Assembly (NCBI GenBank): GCA_951406725.2
Contig: OX597828.1
Span: forward strand, 3,038,001 to 3,102,000
DNA: 64,000 bases
Direction: 5' to 3'
From: Octopus vulgaris
Taxonomy: Eukaryota
The notes under the pieces are model-generated. The model worked only from the letters and a program-made list of their open reading frames with translations, did no database searches and had not been told where the DNA came from. Of the stretch, positions 36,966 through 50,680 are shown in pieces. Position 1 is the stretch's first letter. Every line of letters begins with the position of its first letter. The translations under genes and the position numbers were made by a program.

Positions 36966-37239
36966 TAAATATACATACATACTTCTCCAGAAGTTCCCTG
37001 TTGATGTTTCACGTTTCCAATCCTGCGCAACGCGGCATTGCTCGGCAGCATGTCTGTTTTCTATGTCATCCATGTCTGAACTATATAATGCTAAATGTTC
37101 ATACAAAAGAACAAACTGCTGTTGTGACTCACAGCCATTTGAGTTTGACCGCATAACCACTTCCGGAAGCTACGCTCGCCATTTGCAACTAGTCCTCCCA
37201 GAGCTCCCTCCCTCCCCCGTTTAGTCGAACGAGTAAATA

Positions 37240-37721
37240 AGGGGTGTCCCAGAATTAATGATGATTTGAGTGAAATCGGATGAATTTTTTAAAAACTCAT
37301 TTTTATTCATGTTTATCATGTTCAATATGTGCTAACAGTGTATAAATTTTGAATTTTGTTCATAATTTTATTTTCGTTCCTGTTGGACCCCTCTTATTTG
37401 TCCATGATAGCTTTTTTCAATTTGGCAGCAATCATTTTCTTAACCTCCATCTCGAAGATAGAGCAGTCGTTTAGCTGAGCTTAAAGAGCACATTCAGTTA
37501 GCAGTGCAGGAGCTGATTCCTGAAATGCTTCAAAACGTGTTTTCCAGCGCTAAGGAAAGATTGGAAGTATGCAGGGATACAGACACGTTAAAAAATTTCA
37601 ATAAAAGTTTGACGTAAGATTTATGAATCTATTTGTTTTGGTAATAAACATAAAATTCTGTCAGTTTTTTAAAAATTTGCTCAATTTCATTGAAACAGAT
37701 AATTAATTTTGGAACACTCTG
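37240..37721 (+). mobile_element. Tc1/mariner-derived MITE
   Basis: Ends GGGGTGTCCCAGAATTAAT and ATTAATTTTGGAACACTCTG|TA. Internal LAELKEHIQLAVQELIPEMLQNVF resembles a transposase C-terminus. Confidence 0.68.
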
Positions 37722-38225
37722 TATGGTGTAGCGTTGCTAGTTGTTGCGTTGCTCAAACAAATATTAAAATCAAAGGTCTTCTCACCGTAAACATCCCATC
37801 TTTTTGTTAAGCATATTGTATCAAGGAGTATATCATTCAAAATGTACCTCTCCTTTATAGGCGTGGCTGTGTGGTTGAGAAGCTTGCTTTCTAACCATGT
37901 CGCCTTGGGTTCAGTCCTACTGTGCGGCAAATTGAATCATTCTCTTTCATTACAGCTCCGTGCCAATCAAAGCCTTATCATATAATTAACAAACAGAAAT
38001 TCGTGTGTGAAACTGATCTTTTTTCTACTTCAATTATTACGTTTTTTTTCCTTATAAAATACGCACACATAAGAAGAGTAAATCTCTATATATAATAACA
38101 CTTTGAATATGACTTCCAAGAAAGAGTAAAAGTAATTACTCGATCAGCGACTAGTATATGTCTATATATATGCGCTAGCAGACACACACGTACACAAAGT
38201 TATGCATAGCTTTGGATTGAATGCA

Positions 38226-39453
38226 CGTGGGGTGTTCAATATAGTTTTCCCCTGATCCGCTTCCCAAGGACTGGAATAAATGAAACTTGGCATAATTATT
38301 AATCCTTCTCAAAATAGCCACCACCAGTGGTGATACACTTCTCCCATCGCTTTATGCAGCTGTGAAGACCTCGTGTGCAGAAGTTGGTAGGTTGTGTCTG
38401 GAGCCAATACTTTACCTCGGAAATAAGTTCATCATTCAAAAAGTTCTTCCCCTTCAAAAAAGACTTCATGGTTGGAAAGAGGTGAAAGTCAGATGGTGGG
38501 AGGTCGGAAGAGTAAGAGGAATGAGGAAGTGATTTCATAGCCGCAAGAGTGTGCTTTCACCTGGGCAACATGCGCACTGTGAACTGGGTGACTCATTTGG
38601 TGAGCATGCTACGCCACTCAACTTTGATGGCGTCTCGCAATTTCTGCAGCTAGGAAGCATTATATGCCCCGTTAATTGTGGTGTTCTTTGCCAGAAAATC
38701 CATCATCACTACTCTGAGCTGGCTCCAAAAGACTGGGCATCATTTTGCCTGCTGAGGATTGGACCTGAGCATTCTTTGGAGGTGCTTCCATCGCTTCGAC
38801 TGGACTTAGTCTCAGGATCATAGTGATGGAGCAATGTTTCATCCTGTGTGATAAGTCTGCTGAAAAAGTACTCCTTTTCTTGGCACATTGCCAAAAGATC
38901 CTGGGAGCAATTGACTTGTTCCTGCTTCTGAAAAGGTGTGAACATCTGGAGAATCCATCGGGCAGACAACTTTCGTATGTGCAAATGGTTGTGAATGATT
39001 TTTTCCCACAGACCCTACAATTATCTCCACTTCTTGCCGAATAGTTATGCGGCGATCCACTTTATGGATGGTGTCGTCATCAATGGCGGAATGTGGTCGT
39101 CTAGGAATTAGAGCAGTTTCCACCGATGTCCGACCACATTTGAACTGGCGATGTCAGTGCTTGACTATGACGTATAATGGTACATCGTCACCATAAAATT
39201 CTTTAATCTCATCGAAAGTTTCTTTTGGTGTACGACCTTTCAAGTATAAGTACCTGATTACTGATCTGCATTCAACTGCCTCCATTATAACACTTTAGTC
39301 CCCTTCAGCGGCCGTTAAAGACAAACGAATACTAGTGGAAAGCTGCAATTTGCAATGTGACATGTAAAGACATGTATGATTATATCTGTAGATATTCCGT
39401 TTCCCGCAATAAACGGAACTAGGTCAGGGGAAATCTTTAATGAACACCCTTCG
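38226..39453 (-). mobile_element. Full-length decayed mariner (transposase relic 39285 to 38299)
   Basis: TIRs CGTGGGGTGTTCAATATAGTTTTCCCCTGA and TCAGGGGAAATCTTTAATGAACACCCTTCG|TA. MEAVECRSVIRYLYLKG...RKLSARWI...ITQDETLLHHYDPETK...HSSYSSDLPPSDFHLF...GGGYFEKD*. Confidence 0.92.
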
Positions 39454-39489
39454 TACAACCACCATTTCGAGAACTGCTAAATGCCACGA

Positions 39490-40325
39490 ACAATATAACA
39501 TCCCCAGGTCCAGACAATATCCCTCAAGAATTACAGAAAAACAAACCGGGGTTTCCCTTTTAAAACCAAATCTTGGACTCTGATCCCGATAATTCTGGAA
39601 AACTTCCCTTCAATTACAGACGTATTGAAAGATGAAGAAAGGAAATCGATAATCTTGTGAGTGTGATCGTAGGGAAATTTGTCATGTCTTTTTCATTGAA
39701 ACAAACTTTCTGAACTGTTTGCGTTCTAGCATCTCCACTCTTCTTGTCTTTAGTTATTTTTACGCCTCCTCCAGACAATTCAGATATTATTTGGATAAAG
39801 GAATATTTAACATTATCAGAGTTCTATTTCATCGATTCACTGACAGCTAAAGTATCTTGGATCTTTTTAATATATAAATGTCAAAGCTAAACTCTGTTAC
39901 ACATATTGAGAACTCATTCAATCAGTCAATAAATCCACCAGTGGATACGATCATTTTGGCTTCTCAGTGAATATGTAGAAAACCAAAGTTCTCATCCTAC
40001 ATTCATCAAAGAACCAATACCCTTGATACATCTCCCAAGAAGGTTGATTACTTCTTTAACTAACTTGGAAATCTTTCTAATAGATGTTATTCCGAAAAGT
40101 GTGGAACACATAAATTCCGAAAAGTATGTGGATTAGATAATTTAGTAAGTAGAAAACTGGCAAAACCAATCTTTAAGAACGAAGAAATAATCCCTCACCA
40201 AAAATGATGGCCTATGAAGATGTCGTCATATTAACAGTGCAAGATATTGGTACTTATCATCGAGATTACACAAAAGCTGAAAGGATCCATCAACGAAAGT
40301 TCTGCATCATCTTAAATATCTAAAG
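39490..40325 (+). mobile_element. Highly decayed RTE-clade RT fragments
   Basis: Scattered peptides SPGPDNIPQEL, FGFSVNM*KTKVL and AERIHQRKFCIILNI occur in RTE order. Confidence 0.5.
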
Positions 40326-41918
40326 AAAATTAACAATTTTGCACTCCATAGTGCAAAAACACACAAAAAAAAAAACAAAAACAAAACTGTCGTAGTATGA
40401 AATCAGCCATTATGAAACACCGGCTACAATGGTTGGGACATGTGGTTACAATATATTATACTTTGGATAGAGTTATTAACCGCATTAATTCTTTATGCAA
40501 CGTAATTTTTTAATATATATATAAGGAGTGCCAGATTTATGAAATTATAAACAGGAACTTCATTTTGGGTAAAAATTTGCCAGGCTTTTGATTTTGCTAT
40601 GAAGTATCATCTATTTAAATACGCAAAATGACAAGATACAGATAGTGACTGAGGTGGCAATTTTATTGCAGTATTGTAACACATGATGCAAAGTGGGTCA
40701 CCGGCATTGGTCTTTTATAAATGTCTATGTGTATTGTAATGATCAACGGCACTTCAAAATGTCAATGAATCGAAATGCTACACGGAAAGGATATTCGTAA
40801 ATGGGGATCATTAATGATATCTTAGAAGAAAACTTGAATTACAGCTTTTTGAATAGCAACGAAATCAAGAATAAAAATGGCTTGCAGGCAGTGAGGTGGA
40901 ATAAATCGCTGTTTTTATATCATTTGAAAATCACAACAAACGACTCTAAATTCATTGCTACAGGATATTGTAATAAAATACATAAAAGCTAAGAAGGAAA
41001 AGGCCAAGTAGATCCCTTATTCAAAATGGAAATGTACCTCTCGAAAGAAAGCATGAAAATGATTTAACTTTCAAGTAGTTTCGGTAAAGGTGAGAAAATT
41101 TATAAAGTCAACTATACCCGCTATCATTCACCTCAGAGTAGATGTATTATTCATATGAACAGGAAATTTAACTCTGTTTCAGCTACCGCTTCGAACATTT
41201 AAAAATTCATTTATACTCCTAATAATTTTGAGAAAGGCATGTATGTCATTCAACCCCATTTCATCTTACGTAGATCACAATTCCTTTGACTTCGTAAGAA
41301 ATCAATAATTTTTATGTGAACAATAGTCGCTAAAACCGCGACGAAAAGCTATTAATTCATGTTAATTAAATAAAAGCTCTGTATTAATTGATTTTTAAAT
41401 AAATGTTTTATGAATGTTGTGAATATTTAGATTAAGAAAAGTTCGATCGTTATCAGAATAAATTAATACTTGTTTTTCACATAATTCGCTACAAGAATCA
41501 TTCTGATGTTTGGTGTGATGATTCCATTGTTTAGATTTAGGATTCTGTGTTACTATACCTACTATTATTTGATAAACGTTCTGGGAATCTATTCAACGCC
41601 AGTCAAGAAATTAAGAGTGGTGATAGCTGACACAATGGATTGTAGCAGCAGAGTTGACAAAGTCAAATCTAAATTTAGCAAACCCATTAGCACCAAGTAA
41701 ATGATCAAATTCAACAAAAATCATTAACGACTCTCATAAACCCATTACCATCATGCTTATCAAAATAAATCCACAAGCGTTTTAGAAATACCTATCCTTA
41801 CTTCTAAATAAAACAAATCGAATCATTCTTCGAATAGAATGTTATTGAAAAGTCAAAACCTCTCAGACCAACGTATTGGATGATGTAAAATAACATATAT
41901 ACTCTCACATATATACTC

Positions 41919-41949
<31 letters not shown>

Positions 41950-43977
41950 CACACATACATACATACATACACACATATATACATACATACATACATACAT
42001 GCATGCATGCATGCATACATACATACATACATACATACATACATACATACATACATACATACATACATACACACACATACACACACACATACACACACAC
42101 AAACATACATACATATACACACAAACTTATACTGACACGCAAACATATGCATTTGTGCGTAGAGAGTATGTGTGTGTGTGTGTGTGTGTGTGTAATTTAA
42201 GCCAAATGATATATATTTAACGAATTGTTTTGTGTCCAGTTTTCGGATCTTTTCTGTTTGGTTGCCACTTATCAATTTCTTTCATTTTTGTTCTAATTGA
42301 TTTCATATTTGGTGTAATGATGAAGTTTGGTATGGTAATCATTGGCAGGAAATTCATTTTTGCCATAAATCAATAAATAAAGAATTAATAACATTTAAAG
42401 TTTGCAAATTTGGGGTAATTTTAGCAAATCGAAAGCCACAGACATATAGTTGCCTGTTTTCATAGTAACAAGCCAAGCTGTTACCAAAATTTTTACCCAC
42501 ATGTCATTTTAGCTTAAAACACATGAGATATGAGATGGCCATTTGTTTACAGTTGACCACACGTGCAGTTACGCACAAAATGACAACTTCCAAATCCTGT
42601 TTTCTGACTGGGTAAAAATGATCAAGCTTTAAACTCCTGAAACTGATTTTTAAACATATTTTTGGAAAATCTGAATTAGCCCCTGAGATTAAGGGTGGAA
42701 AAAATGCACTAAATTTTAAAATTCTCACAAAACTTTAAAATTTTCACAGGTGCAGACAAACATAAAAGATCTGATTTTGCCCTGCGTATATTGGAATACC
42801 TTATCTACTTTATGTTACATAATATACTTTGCATAGACCTATTCTCCACCTTTACGTTTTTTTCTGTAAAAATAATGTATTGCATATTTTAGGGGTATAA
42901 ATGAATTTTAAAATTTCAGATGCTCCAACTGAAACCAAGTTAACTATACTGTGCACATGAATGATGCATCTCTTCTGATGTGAGTGATGGAGATCGACGT
43001 TGACTTTAAAAATCTTCTCACGTTTTATTTGTGATATAGTGCATGTCGATTCAATTGACTATTACTCTTCCCTATAAAGACATAAGACATTATTAATGAT
43101 TCTTCAAATTGCGACATTATCAGGAAATCATAGCGAAGTACATATGGGCACCGAACTCAGTCGACCTCAGTACACATCTAATTGCTATTTGATGAATGAC
43201 AATGGAATAATAAAGTTGGTTCATGTGCGATTTTAACTGAGGATAAAATGGGGTAGAATTGAACATTAAGCAGTATTTGGTCCGTCATATAATTGTTTCT
43301 TCCACTCCAACATATTTCAACTACTCCACTTCCATAACATGGTTTAATATTTAAATACAATATTCTTAAATATGGATATAATTTAAACTATCGATCGCTT
43401 TAATTTTTTTCTCAGTTTATATTACTGAACATGGAAACTTACGGATCAGGCTCTCTAGATTTAAACTTCAAGAGTATATAATTACAAGAGTATATAATTA
43501 AGGTAAAGTATTAATGATAAGATTGAGATTATAGAGACACAGCCTTTGTTCGGTAGAATCATCATTATTTAGATTGAGAGTAAATTTGTGATAATAGTGT
43601 TGTTAACTCGAGTTAGTAAAGAATGAGATTGTAACAGTAAACAAGTTAATGTTATCAGCTGAACTGTGGATGTTGAAATGTTGACAGTTTCAGAGATTCA
43701 CCGAACTGGCTATCTCGAGCACCTTTGGAATTATAAGCAATTAGTAAGAATTTATTTCAGTTTGTATAGTGCGTGAAATACAAGTGTATATTTATGTGTG
43801 TGTGGATGTATGTGTGTGTGTGTGTAAGAATTATTAATGAGATTTATACTTTTGTTATTAATCAAATATTTAAATATTAAAATATATTAAAGGGTAGTTA
43901 AGACATATAAATAAAAAGAAAACAAAAAGGACATATATATATAAAACCAAAACAAGCAAAGGATATCAAGTAGTGTT

Positions 43978-44060
43978 GCAGTACGACTGTTTCAAGCGCT
44001 CATTTAATCGAACACTGCAATCATTACATCAATTTAAATGTAGTGCCATCTCCAGCTGTA
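43978..44060 (-). ncRNA. Degenerate hammerhead motif
   Basis: Minus strand CAG-CUGGAGA-long stem II-GAAA-CAGUCG-UA-CUG. Core A6 is changed and the palindrome is imperfect. Confidence 0.45.
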
Positions 44061-44429
44061 CAAATAAATAAATGGAATTTTAACAAGTAGGACACATTAA
44101 TGCATATCCTTGATGGTGACAAGCGGGATGAATACAAAAGTAGAGTGTAATTATTTATTTAGGTCGATCCAGTGCCCGGTGTTATCCGGAGGCAAGATAC
44201 CACTCTAATAACTATGCCTGTGGCTTTCGATGAGCTAAAATTACCCCAAATTTGCAAAATTTAAGAGCTTTTAACTCTTTATTTATTGATTTATGTTGAA
44301 AATGAATTTCATGTCAATGAATCCCATACCAAATCACATTATTACACCAAATATGAAATCATTTGGAACAAAAATTGAAGAAAATGAAAAGTGGCAGCCA
44401 AACAGAAAAGATCCGCAAAGTCTACTTCG

Positions 44430-44719
44430 GTATCACCGTAACCGACCAGGCTATCAGATGCTACACATCGCTGGTCACAATGTGCTTCTCATTGTTTTAG
44501 CCTTCAAATGACGCGACCCCACTGGCTAAGCGAGCAGGTCAACAGAAGAAAGAGTGAGAGAAAGTTGTGGCGAAAGAGTACAGCAGGGTTCTCCCCCCCT
44601 GCCGGAGCCTCGTGGAGTTTTCGCTCAATAAATACTCACAACGCCCGGTCTGGGAATCGAAACCGCGATCCTACGACCGTGAGTCCGCTGCTCTAACCAC
44701 TGGGCCATTGCGCCTCCAC
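44430..44719 (-). mobile_element. tRNA-derived SINE family D
   Basis: Minus strand GGAGGCGCAATGGCCCAGTGGTTAGAGC (A box)...GGTTTCGATTCCC (B box), followed by an unrelated body. Confidence 0.75.
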
Positions 44720-45036
44720 ATCGGTATAACAGATTTTAAAATCATTATAAAAAATAAAGAGCTACAGGCTGGAATAACCAGTAAAACTTGGGACAAAAAA
44801 TTTCATTTACTCCCGACTACGCTCTGATTTCAGTTTAAGGTTATCTGAATTGTCAGCAGCTGTTGTTGTTATAGTTGTTCAGTTTTGGGCAAGGTCAGAT
44901 AGACAAAAAAAGGCGAATTGGCTACCGCTTAATTATTGTGATCCGATCTGATCTGTTATTTTTCAAAAATAGTTAATCTCAGATCATAATAATCAATATA
45001 AATTCTTTAAAAAAGAAAAATGTTATTATTTTAGAG

Positions 45037-45526
45037 CAGGGGTGGGGAAACATTTTAGTGCAGCGGGCAAAAATTTCCAAAGGAAAATGTTAGCGGGCGG
45101 GTCACACGTTCTAACTCATATCGGTGTAAATCTTCTATATATCTATGTACAAATCGATATACATTAATAATGATAAGTCTAACATTAAATAAACGCGTAG
45201 CCTCTTCATTAACGCCGCCACGGAATTTAGAACGTTTATATTGCGTATGAGGTATTCTATATTTTTCAGCTAGAGTGTAGTTGGGTCTCAAGGGGTGGTA
45301 CAAACATAGCAATATGAGTTTTATTGTGAAAACAAAATTTCCATTCAAATGACAATTGCTGGACGATTTCTGTTCGAGCTTGATCTCTTTAAGTCGTAGT
45401 GGAAACGCGACCTATGTCTCAAATAGGCATACGAATGTTGTAAAAATTTTATAATTGAAAAATTTACAATATTTTGTACATGCAAGTATATCATAAAATG
45501 GGCTCGCGGGGTTTTCCCCACCCCAT
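45037..45526. mobile_element. hAT (Charlie-like) MITE
   Basis: TIRs CAGGGGTGGGGAAAC and GTTTTCCCCACCCCAT. 8-bp flanks TTTTAGAG and CTTGAGAG. Confidence 0.72.
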
Positions 45527-46022
45527 CTTGAGAGATCTGGTTAGTATTTCTAAAGGCTCTCACATTGTTTAAAATACAATCTGGAATATAATGGGGTTGA
45601 TTTATGAATCCTGGACGAAAATCACTAAAAAAATTACAGAAAAAATAATATTCACAGAAAACAAGATGTGAAAATTTCAGTAAATTAACCGATTTGCTGT
45701 TTTTATTTTGTTTCATTGTTTTATTTCAGATATTAAATAAAGCAAGTTCTTGACTTGTCAGTTAATGAGCGACTGAAAATATTATTTGTTTAATTGCTTT
45801 AAGTACTGTTTAAGGTATTTAAATGGAGTGGGACATTTTTCTTGAGACGTTTTCCTCGACGATTTTTCTGACTCGATTTTTGTTCTTCACATTAACTCTG
45901 CCCCAACAAAAAACATTCCTCTTTTCTTGTAGAAAGAAATTGACACTATAGGTGTTATTTGTTTGTTATGTTTCCTTCATTCCTTCAGGGTAAGTTTCTT
46001 AATTTTATAATGATTCACTTAC

Positions 46023-46136
46023 ATCTGTTTCTGTATTTGGTGAGATTAAAACAGGATGGGCTGGAACTTCTGTTCTTGGGTAACTTCTGACACCAACTCC
46101 ACCTCCTAAACTAATAGGAGCGTCAAATTTCGACAG
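46023..46136 (-). CDS. Candidate internal coding exon of an unidentified host gene (38 codons, phase 0-0)
   Basis: tag|CTG...GAT|gtaagt. Only one frame is open: LSKFDAPISLGGGVGVRSYPRTEVPAHPVLISPNTETD. Lies in non-repetitive DNA; the pyrimidine tract is weak. Confidence 0.4.
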
Positions 46137-47639
46137 CTAATTGGGGCAGGAGCATTATACTTTTACAGACATTAACAGTGTCTATCAGAATTACCAATTA
46201 GCCAAGATTTTCGTTTTCTTTTTATTCTTCTGCTTTGCTCCTTATGTATTTAGTTGTAGTTGAAGTTGTTGATATTGTTGTTACTGTTGTTGTTGATCAG
46301 TAAACACTCGTAAAGAGACAATTTACAATTTAGTAAACTAAGCAATCATAAATAGACAAACAGCTGAACAATGCTTATTGATTAATGAAAGGAACTTCAT
46401 AAGAACCAATTACATGTCTTGCAAGAAGAGGAATAATCAGCGGCAGTTAGAATAATTTGTAGAAGATCGGACTTGAAGAAGCGAGTAAGCTGATTAAATC
46501 CAAGTTCTTCAACGAAACTCTAACATAATTGACTTGTCTGTTGTTAATGTGTAAATTGTTGAGAGTTTGTAATACAATGAAATTGCTAACTAGACATTAA
46601 TCTGTGGAATTCATTGTCACAAGCCACTGCACAGTTTATTTGGACATGCGCACAGCAGCAGAACATAGCGTAATCAAATGGATGCAATCTCTACGTGACG
46701 TTGCTTCATTTGTAGTATTTTAATGGAGTGGTGATGGCTGTGGAGATGGTAGTGAGAGGTGGGCACCAAAAGACAGAAAAAGAAAGGAACGAATAAAGAG
46801 AGTGACAGCAAGAAATAGATAGAGAGGAATAAAGACAGAGAGAGAGAGAGAAAGAATGAGAGAGAGAGAGAGAGTGAGAGTGGGGAGAAAGAAAAGAAAG
46901 AGAAAGAGAAAGGAAGAGTGAATTAAGAGAAGAGAGAGGTAACAAAAAGTGGAAGAAATGCGAGGAATAAGAAGTGTAAGAAGGAAAACAAAATAGCACG
47001 TCCTTTAGTTAATTATTCCTTAACTTATTTATGGACATTCATTACATTGGCCCACTTGAGTTATTTTTCCTAGCTCATTTAATTTTTTACGTATGACGTA
47101 ACGTTAAAAAGAAAAGGGGAGAGAGAGAGGAAGAGAGAAAGAGGGAAAGAGAGATAGTGTCAAGGAGTGAGAAAGAAAAAGAGGGATTAAGAGATGATGA
47201 AACTAAGAAATGAAATAAGTAGATGAGAGAGAAAGAAAGTTGATATTATAAAGATGGTACACTGACAAAAAAGAATAGTCGTACACACACGTGTATGTAT
47301 GTATGCTTGCGCACACAAATGCACACACACACATATTATGGTTGAGGGAAAATACCCAAGAAAAGCGTTTTGCACTCTAAGCAGAAATACGGTAGAGACT
47401 CAGATAAAATAGTTAGTCGGAAAAGTTGATCAACTGAAATTACCCAAGCAATTAGTAGATAAAAACTTCCTTTAGAAATATTTAAAATAGAAAAAAAGCA
47501 TGCAAGAGAAAATAACTGCAATAAGATGAGTTGATAGAAATGTTTGGAGACTATAGATGATGTAGCTGGGTGTGGGCCTCATCTAGGCAAGTCACCACAG
47601 AATTTGTATTTATGTCGTGTAGAATACATACTCAGCTAA

Positions 47640-47825
47640 TTTTGACACAAGGCCAGTAAGTCGATTAGATCGATCCCAGTGCTCACCTGGTGCTTTTTGT
47701 ATCGAGCCTGAAAGGATCAAACGGAAAGTCGACCACGGTGGAATTTGAACTCGGAATGTGAAGACGGATGAAGTGCTACAGAACATTTTGCCTGGCGTGC
47801 TAACGATTCTGCCAGCTGGTCGCCC
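47640..47825 (-). mobile_element. SINE family B
   Basis: Reverse complement of the family-B head and core. Confidence 0.75.
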
Positions 47826-48139
47826 TATACTCAGGTATATTGTTGAAAGTCAAAATCAGTTCGCTACATTCCGCCACGCACTATTTTGCTAACCGTGTAG
47901 ACTATGCTTCATTGAAGAATTTTATTAAGACCGAAGCACGTTCGTTGCTTTCACTAAAATGTCCATTGTCAGATACTCGGGTTATACATTGGAAACTTTA
48001 CTAGATATAGGGGTTTGAGAAAAAGTAGACATGGTATGAACACCGACCGAAGAGAATTTTTGAATAAGTGAGTTGTCGAATCGTATAGGATTTTCTTCAT
48101 ACAGACAGACAAACGCTCAGAGCACCATAAAGCTGATAT

Positions 48140-48290
48140 CACGTGGCTGTATGATAAGAAGCTTGCTTCTCAACCACATGGTTCTGGAATCAGTCTCACT
48201 GCATGGGTGGGTAAGTGTCTTCTACTGTAGCCTCGAACCGACCAAAGCCTTGTGAGTGGATTTGGAGACGGAAACTGACAGAATCCCGTC

Positions 48291-48385
<95 letters not shown>

Positions 48386-48551
48386 AAATAATAGTTATCG
48401 CCATACTAATATGGCATTCTTATAAAAATAAGAAAAAAGCTTTTTTCTTATTTTTATAAGAATGCCATATTAGTATGGCGATAACTATTATTTTCCGGGA
48501 ACGCTGCCGCTGTTCTCTTTTAGAGAGACTTAGTTATTTTAATATTTCTAT

Positions 48552-48614
<63 letters not shown>

Positions 48615-48905
48615 CACACACAAATACATATGTATATACATACACATATACATATGTATGTGTGTGTATGTTGTGTGTGTATATGAGTGTTTGTACGTCT
48701 TCGTGTCTGTGTTTGTTCCCCACCACCGCTTGACAACCAGTGTTGTTGTGTTTACGTCCCCTAACTTAGCGGTTCGGCAAAAGAGAATGATAGAATAAGT
48801 ATTAGGCTTAAAAAAAACAAGATATGGGGTCGACTTGTTCCACTAAAAACCTTTAAGGTGGTGGTACAGCATGGCCGCAGTCAAAGGACTGAAAAGACGT
48901 AGAAG
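48140..48905 (+). mobile_element. SINE family A whose internal (TA)n carries a palindromic insert
   Basis: Head 48140-48292 and tail about 48700-48905. Confidence 0.8.
48385..48494. repeat. Perfect 110-bp palindrome with no spacer
   Basis: 55-bp arms centred on AAG|CTT at 48439/48440. Confidence 0.95.
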
Positions 48906-50625
48906 AACAATAGAAAAAGAAATATTTCCTCATTGACCCATGATGTCCGTTCGACACACGAACAGAAGCTGAAATATCAAATCATCAGGATGCTAAAAAC
49001 GAAGAAGTAATCCTAGGAACGTTAGGAACAATGGAAGCCATACACATTCAGCAATGAACTATAAGCAACATTTATATTACACACTCAAAAGTCGAAAGGA
49101 AATAAAATAACATTTGAATTATTGAGAAAATAAACAGTGAATTATTTCAAAAGCACTCCATGAACAGTTTTCAAAACGATTGCATCGTTACTGAAGAAAG
49201 TGAAAATCAGATTTCTTAGAATACATTATGTGTCACCAGTTTGAAGGCCATTTTGAAGTAATAAGATAGCATGGCTACCGATCAGTGTTGCATTGAAATA
49301 CATACTCCAAGTGATGAATGATTAAAAGGATATGTGTGAAACAGTGGAACGTATTGTGGCATGACGAGAGGAGTTAAAGCCTCAATATTATTATAAATGA
49401 TAAGAAATTTAAAATTTATTTATGTATAGTCATCTTAACTTTATATTGCAATTTGCGAAGATAGCCTTGTTGGTTACAGATCTCGAAACGGAGTGTCTGT
49501 AACTTAATACAGAATAAATACCTCATGGTTCGTGAAGCACTTTTTTTTAAAAGTTATATACACACACACAAGCATGTACACTTATACGTGTGCACTTACA
49601 CACACATAGATACAGACACACACACATGCACACACACACAGAGACACACAGAGACACACACACAGTGGATCACCGCACCGTGACTATATCCTCTGTTCAA
49701 TACATTATGTATTGGTAAACCCAAGGCTGTGGTAGAAGACACTTGCCGAAGATTCCAAATAGTGGAATCAAACTCGGCACCCAAACCACATAGTTGTGGA
49801 ATGAACCTCTTAATCACACGGCCAAGCGTATTGTAATTAAGGTAGCTTTCCCCAACTGATGACTTTTAGCTCAATGAAGGAGATCGAAAAACGTAGATAA
49901 CGAAATGTAGAGTATTGATACAAAATAGTTCGAATGATTGTAGAAGCTCTGGGTCCAGCTGAATATTAAACCAAGCTTAAAACTGAAGAACTTTTAGCAG
50001 CAGCAGCAGCAGCAAGGAAAATTATTGCTGTTTTAATGCTTCTTTGTTGTTGATGCTGTTGCTGTTGTTACAAATAGATTCTCCATTACAAGCGATTTAG
50101 AAGGCGTTTTGTTGGAAACAAACGTATGATGATAAGTTATTAAGTATTCCGCCAATTAACTTTTTCTAATTTTTAATTACAGTTTTAATTAGTAATTGAC
50201 CGCCTTAATGTAATAAGCTACATATATCATTTTAAAATTGCTATAAATAAATGGCCTGAATTTTCTTTGCTAACTTTCCAACCAAATACATTTTATTTGA
50301 AATTATAAAAGTTTCTTAAACATTAATTTTTAGACATAATTTTATCCACCAATTTACCAATTAACATTTTTAATGAATAGTTTATTTTCGCAGCTATAGA
50401 TATAATATATTACCATATTGCAATTAGACAGATGTATGGCTTTATCATTTACATAGCAATATATTTATCTCTACCTTATTAGATTTATTAGTGTTAAACA
50501 CGGGCAAACATAATCTTTGAGATACACATTCTTTAAAGATATTATATTCACATCTTATAAACTGAATTATCTGGATGATAATCTTTGGACAACATATTTG
50601 TGATTTATATATATATATATTTGTG

Positions 50626-50680
<55 letters not shown>

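Noticed and set aside
45970-45996. Pyrimidine tract-CAG-G-GTAAGT resembling a recursive splice site on the plus strand
   Set aside because: An extra G separates acceptor and donor, it is on the strand opposite the candidate exon, and such motifs occur by chance.
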